Shown here piece after piece: positions 1-11,530 of a DNA stretch of 64,000 bases (its first letter is position 1; each line of letters opens with the position of its first letter). A model generated the notes under the pieces. The model was not told the DNA's origin. It did no database searches and saw nothing but the letters and a program-made list of their open reading frames with translations. Source of the stretch: Pseudomonadota bacterium (GTDB lineage: Bacteria; Desulfobacterota; Desulfobacteria; Desulfobacterales; RPRI01); assembly GCA_043825875.1 (NCBI GenBank), contig JBDRRF010000065.1, positions 1 to 64,000 of the forward strand. The letters are read 5' to 3'. The translations under genes were made by a program, and so were the position numbers.

Positions 1-139
1 CCAGTTTCAAAACGCCCCATTTTGGCCGATCTCTGCGTTGGGCTCAAATTTCAATCCTCGAAATACTAAATGTATTCCTGTGGTTGAAATTTTCTCCCGC
101 CTTGAGCTTGACCAAACTGAAACGTTTTGAAAGTGGCTC
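1..139 (+). mobile_element. MITE-like palindromic repeat, copy 1 (first 3 bp cut by the window edge)
   Basis: Near-identical to 50591-50732 (same orientation) and 44382-44524 (inverted); ends with CGTTTTGAAAGTGGCTC. Confidence 0.85.
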
Positions 140-260
140 TCTTATCTAATCAATCTTTTATGCTTTATAAGTATACTTTATAAAAACTGTTCTTTGACGA
201 CTTCATAATAAAATCGCCAAAGAACTTTGTATATTTTATTTTGAAACAAATAAGGTTTAC

Positions 261-1967
261 TTAAAAATCCTTAAAGTCATCTTCTTCAAAAGGGATTAGC
301 TGTTCAGGCTTTAAATCTTTGTTATCTCTTCCTTGTTTTTTCTCATGGTAATTTATATGAGGTGGCGGAAGAGCGGTTTGTTCTTCGTATTTATGTTGTT
401 GATCTCTTTGTTGAGTTACTTTTTTACTCTTACCAGATAAGGGCGCGGAGCTGATTATATCGTTGGTGTTTTTTCCTCCTATTACTAATACCAAATCTCT
501 TACATATTGCTTGAGTTGCTTTGCCTGGGCATTCATCTGACCGGAAGCACTGGCAGATTCTTCTGCATTGGCAGCATTACGCTGTACTATTTTGTCCATC
601 TCTGCAACAGCTTTGTTTATTTGTTCAATGCCCTGAGACTGCTCTTTTGATGCGGCTGCAATTTCTCCCACCAACTCACCAACTTTTGAGGAACTATTGG
701 ATACATCCTGAAAGGCTTTATTGGTTTTTGTTACCAGTTCAGAGCCTTCCCTGACCTTCTTTACGGTTCCTTCAATCATTTGCGCAGTGTTCTTAGCCGC
801 ATCTGCCGACCTCATTGCTAAATTTCGCACTTCATCGGCTACTACCGCAAAACCTGCACCTGCTTCACCTGCCCTGGCAGCTTCTACCGCAGCATTCAGA
901 GCCAGAAGATTGGTCTGGAAAGCTATTTCATCAATAGTTTTGATGATTTTTGATGTTTCGTCACTTGCTAATGAAATATCATACATGGATTTGGTCAACT
1001 CTTCCATTGAGTTGTTTGCCTGTTCTACTACCTGATTAGCTTCTTTCATGAGATTATCTGCCTGGGTTGCATTATCCGAGTTCTGCTTAGTCATGGAAGA
1101 CATTTCTTCAAGGGAAGAAGATGTTTCCTCTATTGATGCAGCCTGCTCGGAGGCTCCCTCGGCAAGCGACTGGCTTGATGAGGATACCTGTAAAGTAGCA
1201 GAGACTACCTGTTCTGAACCATCGGTAAGTCCTTTAACCACATAATTGATCGGTTTTGTTATGGATCGAGTCAGAAAAAAGGCTATTAAAGCTCCCAATA
1301 AAATTGCAGCTATCCCAAGAGCTATCATTATATAACGGGCGCTGGTATAAGCGCTTTTAGCATTATTAAATGCCTGATCACTTAGATGGCCTTGATATGC
1401 AATAATTGAATCAACAGCTTCAATCATTTGTTTTTGGGGGGTCAGCATATCAAGCATAATTACATCGGCTGCTCTTGCATTGCCATCAAGCGAAGTCAAC
1501 GTGCCGGTTAATGTCGTTGTGTTAAGTTCTGAAGAAGAAGCAGAAGTATATCCTGACATACAAAAGTCAATGGCTTTATTTACCAGTGTATCGATCTTTT
1601 GCTGTTGCTCAACTATGGCAGACAAAAGCTCTTTACCTTTTTCGTCTTTTACTTTAGCCGCTAATTTAAGGTATATATCGTTGAAATTGGCCCTGGCTGT
1701 ATCAATATTTTTTTTTTCAGTGCGCACAATATCTATCCCAACGCTTAAAGCAATATTTCTTATAGATTGCGTTATTATATTCATCTCTTTGCTCAAATCA
1801 TTGGCCAGTAATACTGCTGCGTTTTTATTATTTATAATATCTTCCATATAAGTATTTATGGTTTTTATTCTAGTAATTCCAATTACAGCGGTAGCACCTA
1901 ACAAAAACAAAACAACCGCAAAGCCAATTCCAATTCGTGTGCCTAACTTCACATTCTTAAAAGACAT
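261..1967 (-). CDS. Methyl-accepting chemotaxis protein (four-helix periplasmic sensor, no obvious HAMP, C-terminal pentapeptide DFKDF)
   Basis: Two TM helices; [34 protein letters not shown] hairpin signature. Confidence 0.95.
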   Translation of the reverse strand: MSFKNVKLGTRIGIGFAVVLFLLGATAVIGITRIKTINTYMEDIINNKNAAVLLANDLSKEMNIITQSIRNIALSVGIDIVRTEKKNIDTARANFNDIYLKLAAKVKDEKGKELLSAIVEQQQKIDTLVNKAIDFCMSGYTSASSSELNTTTLTGTLTSLDGNARAADVIMLDMLTPQKQMIEAVDSIIAYQGHLSDQAFNNAKSAYTSARYIMIALGIAAILLGALIAFFLTRSITKPINYVVKGLTDGSEQVVSATLQVSSSSQSLAEGASEQAASIEETSSSLEEMSSMTKQNSDNATQADNLMKEANQVVEQANNSMEELTKSMYDISLASDETSKIIKTIDEIAFQTNLLALNAAVEAARAGEAGAGFAVVADEVRNLAMRSADAAKNTAQMIEGTVKKVREGSELVTKTNKAFQDVSNSSSKVGELVGEIAAASKEQSQGIEQINKAVAEMDKIVQRNAANAEESASASGQMNAQAKQLKQYVRDLVLVIGGKNTNDIISSAPLSGKSKKVTQQRDQQHKYEEQTALPPPHINYHEKKQGRDNKDLKPEQLIPFEEDDFKDF

Positions 1968-2038
1968 AACTTTTCTCCTTATAATTCATAATTGAACTTT
2001 AAGCCGCTTTAAAAACATACGGTAAGAACTAATTAAAG

Positions 2039-2548
2039 TCAGACTTTTTCTATTATAGCAACTTCATCACGGCTTAAAACCTTATCGATATCGAGAAGAA
2101 TTTTGATTCCGCCTTCGAATTTAGCCATGCCAAGTATATAATCGGTATTCAATTTCGTGCCGAATGTAGGTGTTTCTTCCATATCTTCCGCTTTTATGTT
2201 TAATACTTCCGAAACAGAATCAACCACAATGCCGATCATAACGGTCTCAGACTCACCTGATATTTCAACAACCACTATGCAGGTCCGTTCAGTGTAGTCA
2301 ATTCTTTCCATTCCGAACCTAAGCCTTAAATCTATTACAGGAATTACCTTACCGCGAAGGTTGATTACTCCTTTTATAAACTCAGGTGTTTGAGGAACTG
2401 GTGTTATCGGCATCATTCCAATAATCTCTTTTATTTTTAAAATGCTTATTCCGTACTCCTCGTTGGCCATTGTAAAAGTAAGGTATTTTCCTTCTCTGTC
2501 GGTCATTTCATTTATTGCCTGGCCTAATTTTTCCGCAATTTTTGCCAT
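2039..2548 (-). CDS. cheW: Chemotaxis coupling protein CheW
   Basis: YLTF..EEYGI..IKEII, GVINLRGKVIPVIDL, GIVVDSVSEV motifs; AGGAGG RBS. Confidence 0.95.
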   Translation of the reverse strand: MAKIAEKLGQAINEMTDREGKYLTFTMANEEYGISILKIKEIIGMMPITPVPQTPEFIKGVINLRGKVIPVIDLRLRFGMERIDYTERTCIVVVEISGESETVMIGIVVDSVSEVLNIKAEDMEETPTFGTKLNTDYILGMAKFEGGIKILLDIDKVLSRDEVAIIEKV

Positions 2549-2669
2549 TTACTTTCGCCTCCTTTCTATGGATAAAGCTTAATATCTCTTTAAAATCTTA
2601 ACATAACACTCACTTTTGGCAGTGCTAATATCGAATATGCAAAATATTTCTTGAGTTGCCTAAACCCTA

Positions 2670-2697
2670 TTATCGGTAATAATCAAGTATAGCTTTA
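2670..2697 (-). promoter_or_regulatory. Putative sigma28 (FliA) promoter for cheW-MCP
   Basis: Minus strand TAAA-N16-ACCGATAA versus consensus TAAA-N15/16-GCCGATAA, about 120 bp before the cheW start. Confidence 0.6.
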
Positions 2698-2785
2698 GGT
2701 TGTTTATAGTTTAAGATACGAATCATTAAACGCTCTTATTCTATAACCTTCCAATTTTGATGCCAATAATATCAGTTATAGTTTT

Positions 2786-3553
2786 TCAACACGGTATGGC
2801 TTTATTATAGATACTCGGTTGTGCATACTTAAAGGGATGATTAATAGTATTTAAGCTCTCCGCACCGCCTATAATAAGGTAACCGGACGTCTTCAAAGCG
2901 CTATACAATTTGTGCGCAACGTTAGACTTTGTTTCATTATCAAAATATATAAACACATTCCTGCAAAAAATAATGTCGAAATTTTGTGATGGTAAAGGAT
3001 CTGAGACAAGGTTGTATCTTTTAAATGTAACCATTTGTTTTATATCATTTTTCACACGGACATAATTGTCCAAGGAGTTTACGCCTTTTTGAAAATATTT
3101 TTTTAAAATATTGGGGGGAAGATTTTTTACTTTTTCTAAGCCATACACTCCGTTTTGCCCCATACGCAGCATCCTTGTTGATATATCAGATGCAATAATT
3201 GATGGCTTAAAGCCTTGCTCAAGACAGTATATAGCCACTGAATAAGGTTCTTCCCCGCTGGATGAAGCAGCACACCATATGTTCATATGCTCTTTCGTAA
3301 GACATTTGAAATGATGGCTTTCTCTGAAGAAATAGGTATGATTGGTTGATACTGCATCAAGAAAATTTATTAATTCTCTCTGGTCGTTTTCAAGAACTCT
3401 TATATATTCTTTGACAGATTTTATACCGGTAGCACGTAACCGCTTGTCAAGTCGAGATTGCAAAAGTGTCTGTTTTCCATCATGAAGGTTTATTCCACAT
3501 TCATGATAGACAAGTTGGCTAAGTTTCTTGAATTGCCTTGTTGATAAATCCAT
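2786..3553 (-). CDS. cheR: Chemotaxis methyltransferase CheR
   Basis: TNHTYFFRE, IWCAASSSGEEPYS, FDIIFCRNVFIYF motifs. Confidence 0.95.
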   Translation of the reverse strand: MDLSTRQFKKLSQLVYHECGINLHDGKQTLLQSRLDKRLRATGIKSVKEYIRVLENDQRELINFLDAVSTNHTYFFRESHHFKCLTKEHMNIWCAASSSGEEPYSVAIYCLEQGFKPSIIASDISTRMLRMGQNGVYGLEKVKNLPPNILKKYFQKGVNSLDNYVRVKNDIKQMVTFKRYNLVSDPLPSQNFDIIFCRNVFIYFDNETKSNVAHKLYSALKTSGYLIIGGAESLNTINHPFKYAQPSIYNKAIPC

Positions 3554-3962
3554 ATGACAGAACTATGACCTTTTCATTTTAGGAGGGTCAAATTTAATAA
3601 TGCAGGTTAATAGTTTAAAACATTTTTTTTAAAACTATTAAAAAATTATTCTGCCCGGTTAACATAGCGATTTTAAATCAGTTCTTAAAATATATTCGCA
3701 ATATTGTCAAATGTTTTGTGTAATACTATATTTTATATTCTTATATAATTTTACTGTTTCGCTACAAAATTAAAAAAGCCTCTGGATTTTTTAATTAAAT
3801 TATATTATGCAGTCATCTTATCTATCTAAACATTCTAAACATTATTTAGGCTTAAATAAATAATTAATATAATAATATTTACTATGCTTTTCCGGATTAT
3901 TAAACATGGCCTAGCGCTATATCTTTTCATTTTCCAAACATAATTTTACAAAATATAAACAG

Positions 3963-3978
3963 AGCAAAGTTTATGCCA
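3963..3978 (-). promoter_or_regulatory. sigma54 -24/-12 promoter pointing toward cheR
   Basis: Minus strand TGGCATAAACTTTGCT, exact GG-N10-GC spacing. Confidence 0.65.
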
Positions 3979-4126
3979 TGAGAACCCGCCATAAACTTTG
4001 GCTTAAGCGTCTCCGGCAAAGTTTATGGATTTTTTGCCGGTTAGCCAATGATAACATAGTAATAATTACTATAAGGTGGAATTTTTTTCCTGGTTAACAA
4101 AACCCCTTAACAGGAGCAGACGTATC

Positions 4127-4140
4127 GTCAATACTTTGAC
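4127..4140. promoter_or_regulatory. Palindromic enhancer-like box GTCAATACTTTGAC
   Basis: GTCAA-N4-TTGAC located between two divergent sigma54 promoters; resembles the Pseudomonas FleQ box. Confidence 0.55.
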
Positions 4141-4247
4141 AGTGACGCCAAAAATATATACCTCTGGCTGTTATGCATAGGCTATATATAATATAGCTTT
4201 CATGATATTACTGGCTTTGTGATTGTCCCGAAAGATTATATGCAACA

Positions 4248-4263
4248 TGGTATAAAAATTGCT
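4248..4263 (+). promoter_or_regulatory. sigma54 -24/-12 promoter for the PilZ-cheA operon
   Basis: TGGTATAAAAATTGCT, GG-N10-GC. Confidence 0.6.
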
Positions 4264-4369
4264 GCTTGTTTATGAAAAGCGCCATCATGCTATAAACAGC
4301 ATTCTATTATGAAACCGGACTTAGAAGCTGCCAATAATAGTAATATGATTTTAGCAGTCGGAGATACAG

Positions 4370-5008
4370 ATGATTTCGAAAAGAAGTGAATTACGCTCGT
4401 ATGTGAGAACAGCTTTATCATATGCTGTCAAATATGAAATTATTTCTCCTGAAGAATACAATCTTATTAGCAAAAAGTCTGATTCACTAAAAAACAGCGA
4501 TAGAAAAAAATTAAAGATAACCCATATGCTTTCCGATAATAATAACAAGATAGATTTTGATTCCAAGATTGATGGATATGATGATTTTCTGGTAGAATTT
4601 CTTGTTAAAATGGACGAAAAACTGGACAGTATTTTATCTATGCTATTATCAAATGAAGCCCAATCCAAAACATTAAATCAAACACTTTTAAATCATGGGG
4701 TTGGAAATAATATTAGTGCATCAGGAATCAGCATACTAACATTTGAACCGGCAAATAAAGGCCAAATTATTCATGTGAATATAAATTTATGCAAATTACC
4801 TCCGGTTTTTATTGACACATACGGGGAAATCATACGGGCAACCAGTATTGTTAAAAACAACACACAAATGTATGATTTAGGCATAAAATTTATTGATATT
4901 GCCGAAAAAGACAGGGAAAAAATTGTAGCCTACGTATTCAGTAAGCAAAGAGAAGCCCTTCGAACCGAAAAGCAAAAACAGGCCCAGAGCGAACAACCTA
5001 CGGCTTAG
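4370..5008 (+). CDS. PilZ-domain protein (c-di-GMP receptor-like) with a central insertion
   Basis: RxxxR (RSELRSYVR), NxSxxG (NISASG), C-terminal LGIKFIDI..DREKIVAYVF..QRE. Confidence 0.8.
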   Translation: MISKRSELRSYVRTALSYAVKYEIISPEEYNLISKKSDSLKNSDRKKLKITHMLSDNNNKIDFDSKIDGYDDFLVEFLVKMDEKLDSILSMLLSNEAQSKTLNQTLLNHGVGNNISASGISILTFEPANKGQIIHVNINLCKLPPVFIDTYGEIIRATSIVKNNTQMYDLGIKFIDIAEKDREKIVAYVFSKQREALRTEKQKQAQSEQPTA

Positions 5009-5157
5009 GGGAAAAACGGAACAGCAAAGTAATGAACTCAAAAAAAGTCTTTATAGACAAGCATCAAAGATATCAAACCCATTATAACGGATTGGTCAGC
5101 TTGAGTTCGTTGGAGATCTATTTTATTACGCTAATAACAACGAGCAGAAGGATATGA

Positions 5158-7398
5158 TTGATGACAGAGACATTAGAAATAATAAACAAAAAGATAGAGA
5201 CTCTTGCGCTTGAAACTGTAATTCTGGATTCCGAAGATATTCCAGGCCTCGGAAAGACTGTACAATCAATCGAAACTATTATGGAACTGTCTAAAGAATT
5301 AAAAGAACAGTCCATGATATCAATATGCGAGGCAATGAAAGAATATATTGAAGCAGTAATCTTAAGGGAGAAAAGAGATTTGGGGCCTTTTGAAAAAGGT
5401 ATTTCTTCCATGCAGAAAATAGTTGGCAATTTATCTAAAGGCATAAGTTACGAAGGTGATATAGCTGAGCTGATAGTCGGTTTGGGCTGTCAGGTTGAAG
5501 ATGATTTTGAATCAACATGTAACAATGATATTGAATCCGATAATGAATCAGAACCTGGAGAAGACAAAAAAGACAACCGCTCTACAGCAAGTTTGGCACC
5601 AATAAAAATCAATGCTGAAGACAAGGAAATTATTTCTGATTTTATTGTCGAATCACTTGATAACTTAGCCTCTATTGAAATCAGTCTTATGGATCTAGAG
5701 CAGGACCCTACCGATGTGGAGACAATCAATGCCATATTCAGACCATTTCATACAGTTAAGGGTGTTTCGGGATTTCTCAATTTTAATAAGATTAATCAAT
5801 TTGCACATAAAGTTGAAAACTTGCTGGATAAGGCACGAAATGGCGAATTAACTATTAACGCTGATATAATAGATGTAATTTTAGAAAGCGTGGATTTATT
5901 AAAGGGAATGATAGAAAATGTAAGAGGCTCTCTCGATACAGGAATAATTTTTGAGGGCAGTGAAGACACCGAAGCTTTTGAGCAAAGAATCGAAGAACTT
6001 CTTTCTCCGACAACAAAGGATAAGAAAAAACGTTTGGGAGAAATGCTTGTTTCATCGGGATCACTTACTAAAGCTGATATTCAGGATGCACTCGAAATTC
6101 AACAGAAAAGCCCTGACAAGAAATTAGGCGAAATACTGGTTGAACACGAAAAAGTAAAAACTAAGGCGGTTGTTTCATCCTTAAGAGAACAAAAACGCGC
6201 GGATGCTCCTGAATCGCTTCAGGTAAAAGTTGATACTGTTAAGCTTGATAATATTGTTGATATGGTCGGAGAATTAGCAATTGCACAATCAATGCTAAAA
6301 CAGCATGAAGCTATTTTAGATAACAAAGACAGAAAACTGCTTCAAATTACCAATCAATTAAATCTTATTACATCCACTCTGCAAGATACTGCCATGTCAA
6401 TGAGAATGATACCTATAAAAACCACTTTCCAAAAGATGCTTCGGCTTGTCAGGGATTTAGCCAGGAAAGCGGGCAAGGATATACAACTTGTTATGTCGGG
6501 TGAAGAAACAGAGATTGATAGAAATCTTATTGAGGAAATCTATGAACCTATGGTTCATATGATTCGAAACTCAATTGATCATGGCTTGGAAGTTGCAAAG
6601 GAAAGACTTGAAAACAACAAGACCGCGCAGGGAACTATATATCTTAAAGCATATCACAAGGGCGGAAACATAGTTATTGAAATTGGAGATGACGGCCGTG
6701 GTTTGAACAGAGAAAAAATTATTTCAAAGGCTCTTCAAAGCGGACTGGTCAAAGAGGGAGAAAAACTTACTGACTTAGAGATTGATAATCTTATATTTCA
6801 TCCTGGCTTTTCGACTGCCGATCAGATTACGGAGATTTCAGGAAGAGGTGTCGGTACAGATGTTGTAAAAAGCAAAGTAGAAAAACTAAGAGGAAGAGTT
6901 GAAGTTAGGTCTAATTCCGGTAAAGGCGCTACGTTTTTTATTCGCCTGCCTCTTACTCTGGCAATAGTCGACGGGATGATTGTTAGAGTAGCAAACGAAC
7001 GTTTTATTATCCCGACATTAAATATTCAGGAATCATTCAGGCCCCAGAAAGAGGAATTTTTTACAGTAAGGGGTGAGGAAGAAATTATAAAAGTAAGAAA
7101 TAATTTAATTCCTCTGGTCAGACTGGACCGTTTGCTTGGGCTAAAAAGGGAAAGCTCTTCCGAAGAAACAGAAATGCAACCATGGGAAAAACTTGTTGTT
7201 GTTGTTGAAAATCAGGAGAAAAAGAAATGTCTGCTGGTGGACGAACTTATTGGCAGGGAAGAGGTTGTTATTAAAAGTATGGGCGGGTGGCTTAAAGACA
7301 TCAAAGGGATAGCCGGTTCAGTAATTATGGGTGATGGCAGAGTCGGGCTTATTCTTGATATAGGCAGTATATTTCAGATGGTATCGAGGGAATCATAA
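5158..7398 (+). CDS. cheA: Chemotaxis histidine kinase CheA
   Basis: Hpt IFRPFHTVKG; HMIRNSIDHG N-box; DDGRG; FHPGFST; SGRGVG; C-terminal CheW-like P5. Confidence 0.97.
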   Translation: MMTETLEIINKKIETLALETVILDSEDIPGLGKTVQSIETIMELSKELKEQSMISICEAMKEYIEAVILREKRDLGPFEKGISSMQKIVGNLSKGISYEGDIAELIVGLGCQVEDDFESTCNNDIESDNESEPGEDKKDNRSTASLAPIKINAEDKEIISDFIVESLDNLASIEISLMDLEQDPTDVETINAIFRPFHTVKGVSGFLNFNKINQFAHKVENLLDKARNGELTINADIIDVILESVDLLKGMIENVRGSLDTGIIFEGSEDTEAFEQRIEELLSPTTKDKKKRLGEMLVSSGSLTKADIQDALEIQQKSPDKKLGEILVEHEKVKTKAVVSSLREQKRADAPESLQVKVDTVKLDNIVDMVGELAIAQSMLKQHEAILDNKDRKLLQITNQLNLITSTLQDTAMSMRMIPIKTTFQKMLRLVRDLARKAGKDIQLVMSGEETEIDRNLIEEIYEPMVHMIRNSIDHGLEVAKERLENNKTAQGTIYLKAYHKGGNIVIEIGDDGRGLNREKIISKALQSGLVKEGEKLTDLEIDNLIFHPGFSTADQITEISGRGVGTDVVKSKVEKLRGRVEVRSNSGKGATFFIRLPLTLAIVDGMIVRVANERFIIPTLNIQESFRPQKEEFFTVRGEEEIIKVRNNLIPLVRLDRLLGLKRESSSEETEMQPWEKLVVVVENQEKKKCLLVDELIGREEVVIKSMGGWLKDIKGIAGSVIMGDGRVGLILDIGSIFQMVSRES

Positions 7399-7886
7399 TG
7401 AATATTGTTGTCGGCGTCGGTGATATGAAAGTAAGCAATGATCCTGATGCAGTACTGGTTACATACGCTCTGGGTTCATGCATAGGAATAGGAATATATG
7501 ACCCGGTTGCAAAAGTGGGTGGAGTGCTTCACTATATGTTGCCCGACTCCGAAATTGATCCGGTAAAGGCTATCAAGAATCCTTTTATGTTCGGCAATAC
7601 TGGCATACCCCTTCTTTTTAAAGAAACATATAAATATGGGGCCTCAAAAAACCGTCTTAAAGTTCTTGTTTTAGGCGGAGCACAGATTCTTGATCAAAAT
7701 GGGCTTTTTAATATAGGAAAACGTAACCATACTGTTCTTAGAAAGATGTTCTGGAAAAATAATATAATAGTAGATTTTGAAGAGGTGGGAGGAACTGTAA
7801 ACAGAACTATTAAGCTTGAAATAAAAACCGGCGAAGCCATTATGAAAATATCCGGTACAGAGGTGAAAAGAATACCATGGATTTAG
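7398..7886 (+). CDS. cheD: Chemoreceptor glutamine deamidase CheD
   Basis: TYALGSCIG and GGVLHYMLP catalytic motifs; NIGKRN. Confidence 0.93.
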   Translation: MNIVVGVGDMKVSNDPDAVLVTYALGSCIGIGIYDPVAKVGGVLHYMLPDSEIDPVKAIKNPFMFGNTGIPLLFKETYKYGASKNRLKVLVLGGAQILDQNGLFNIGKRNHTVLRKMFWKNNIIVDFEEVGGTVNRTIKLEIKTGEAIMKISGTEVKRIPWI

Positions 7887-8734
7887 ATAAAATTATAAAA
7901 GAAATCGGCTCGCTAAGTCCTGTTTCCTCTACAGGAACTAAACTTATGGAAATAATTTCCGATCCTAACAGTTCTTTAGGGGAGATTGTAGATGTTATCC
8001 AATACGATCAAAGTATGACCGCCAATCTGTTGAGGGTATGCAATTCATCTTTTTTTGCTTTGAGGGAAAAAGTTGCTTCAGTGCGACAGGCAGTTGCCTA
8101 CTTGGGAATGAATAATATAGCCAATATAGTTATAATGGGAAATTTTTCCAAAAGCTTCCAGTCATCCCAGGATGGTTATGGTTTGGATGAAGGCGAATTG
8201 TGGAAGTATTCGGTTTCTTCTGCCCTGATAGCCCAAGATTTAGCCGGAAAACGGAATTTAAAAAACATTCCCCGCCTGTTTACATCTGCATTGTTGAAAG
8301 ATATTGGAAAAGTAGTATTAAACAATCATGTTAAAGATGTATTTCAACAAATCGAATTAAAAGTGCAAGAAGACGGTCTGTCATTTTTGGAAGCTGAAAA
8401 AGAAATTCTTGGTATTGATCATGCTGAGCTAGGTGCTATGGTTGCTGAAAAATGGAATTTTACTCCGGAAATGGTGTTTATTATCAGAAATCATCATAAT
8501 CCAATAAATATTCTGATAGAAGATAATCTCTCAATCCCAATTATTTATCTGGCCGACTCAATATGTATGATGATAGGAATCGGCGGAGGAGCTGACGGGC
8601 TTGCTTATAAGTATTATCAGGAAGTTATAGACAGGCTAAACTTTACTGAAGTTGAGTTGCAAAAAACCATCGCTGCTTTCTGGGAAAAAACCAAAGCTGT
8701 TGAAGAGATGGTTAATTTGTCAGGAGGGCGTTGA
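7877..8734 (+). CDS. HDOD-domain signalling protein
   Basis: DQSMTANLLRVCNS, SVRQAVAYLG, LLKDIGK (HD degenerate), GIDHAELG..W.F, HHNP. Confidence 0.9.
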   Translation: MDLDKIIKEIGSLSPVSSTGTKLMEIISDPNSSLGEIVDVIQYDQSMTANLLRVCNSSFFALREKVASVRQAVAYLGMNNIANIVIMGNFSKSFQSSQDGYGLDEGELWKYSVSSALIAQDLAGKRNLKNIPRLFTSALLKDIGKVVLNNHVKDVFQQIELKVQEDGLSFLEAEKEILGIDHAELGAMVAEKWNFTPEMVFIIRNHHNPINILIEDNLSIPIIYLADSICMMIGIGGGADGLAYKYYQEVIDRLNFTEVELQKTIAAFWEKTKAVEEMVNLSGGR

Positions 8735-9121
8735 AAATGGCGTTTAATGTTCTGATCGTTGATGATTCTTCGTCAATGCGGGCAGTTATAAAAAAGGTCA
8801 TTAAAGTTTCCGGCTTTAATGTAGGCAATTATTTCGAGGCTGGAGACGGCATGGAAGCCTTGAAAGTACTTGAAACCGATTGGATAGATATTGTGTTAAG
8901 CGACATAAATATGCCGAATATGGACGGCCTGTCGTTTTTATCTGAAATTAAAAAAAATGAGCTATTCAATTCGATTCCGGTTGTTATGATTACAACTGAA
9001 GGAAGTGAAGAAACAATCCAGGAATCAATGAAGCTGGGCGCAAGCGGCTATATTAAAAAACCGTTTTCTCCGGCGGATATAAAAAATACTCTTAGCGGAT
9101 TATTGGGAGAGGAGGTCTCTG

Positions 9122-10658
<1,537 letters not shown>

Positions 10659-10682
10659 AATGCTGAAAGAGAGGACAATAGC

Positions 10683-11468
10683 ATGACAAAACATCTGGAG
10701 GAAAAAATCCACAAGCTTATTGACGGAAAGCTTTCGGTTGAAGAAACAAAACAAATCATAGACTTTATCTCTCATTTGACTGGAAGCAGTATAAATGAGG
10801 ATGAGCAATTTTTTCAAAATATAGCATACGGAATGAGTGGTGCAATAAAAGAGCTGGCTTTGCTTATTATTGATTTCAGGAAGGACTTAAAAGCTAAAAT
10901 TGATCCTGAACTGACGGATGTGGCAACAAAATATATACCGGAGGCGTCCGATCAACTTGAAGGCATTATTGATACTACCGAAAAGGCTGCTAACAAGATT
11001 ATGGACAACCTTGAATTGCTTCAGGATCAAACAGCACAAATGGAAAACATTATCAAATCATTAAAATCCGGGAAACTCAAGGTGCCGGTGGATGAAGTTA
11101 AATCAACTGATGTAGAAATAGACAAGAAAACTATTGAGGTGCTGAATCCTCTTATTAATTATATGGAATCAAGTATTAAGAACTACGATGCATTGACTAC
11201 AGATATCTTCGTTCATATGAGCTTTCAGGATTTGACCGGTCAGCGGATTAAAAAAATCATGCTCCTTGTTAAACAGATGGAGGAAAAACTGAAAAACATG
11301 CTTGTTTGTTTTGGAATAAAACTGTCTGCAAAGGAAAAGAATCCTGATATTTCGGATGAGGAATTGCAGAAAGTCGTAGATGAAAAAGTTGTTGAACTGG
11401 CTGGCCCACAGAAGGAGGGCAAGGGACTCGCACAGACAGATATAGATAATATTCTGGCAAGTATTTGA
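10683..11468 (+). CDS. cheZ: CheZ-family phosphatase
   Basis: TEKAANKIMD, SFQDLTGQRI (DxxxQ), C-terminal QTDIDNILA. Confidence 0.85.
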   Translation: MTKHLEEKIHKLIDGKLSVEETKQIIDFISHLTGSSINEDEQFFQNIAYGMSGAIKELALLIIDFRKDLKAKIDPELTDVATKYIPEASDQLEGIIDTTEKAANKIMDNLELLQDQTAQMENIIKSLKSGKLKVPVDEVKSTDVEIDKKTIEVLNPLINYMESSIKNYDALTTDIFVHMSFQDLTGQRIKKIMLLVKQMEEKLKNMLVCFGIKLSAKEKNPDISDEELQKVVDEKVVELAGPQKEGKGLAQTDIDNILASI

Positions 11469-11530
11469 GGCTATATCTATTTATCAGGTTTATGTATTCA
11501 ATTATATTAAGATATGGAGGTTAAGTAATC

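Noticed and set aside
2549..5157. c-di-GMP-I (GEMM) riboswitch in the che leaders
   Set aside because: No GGCAAAC/GNRA/CGCAAAGC core found by eye in any of these intergenic regions
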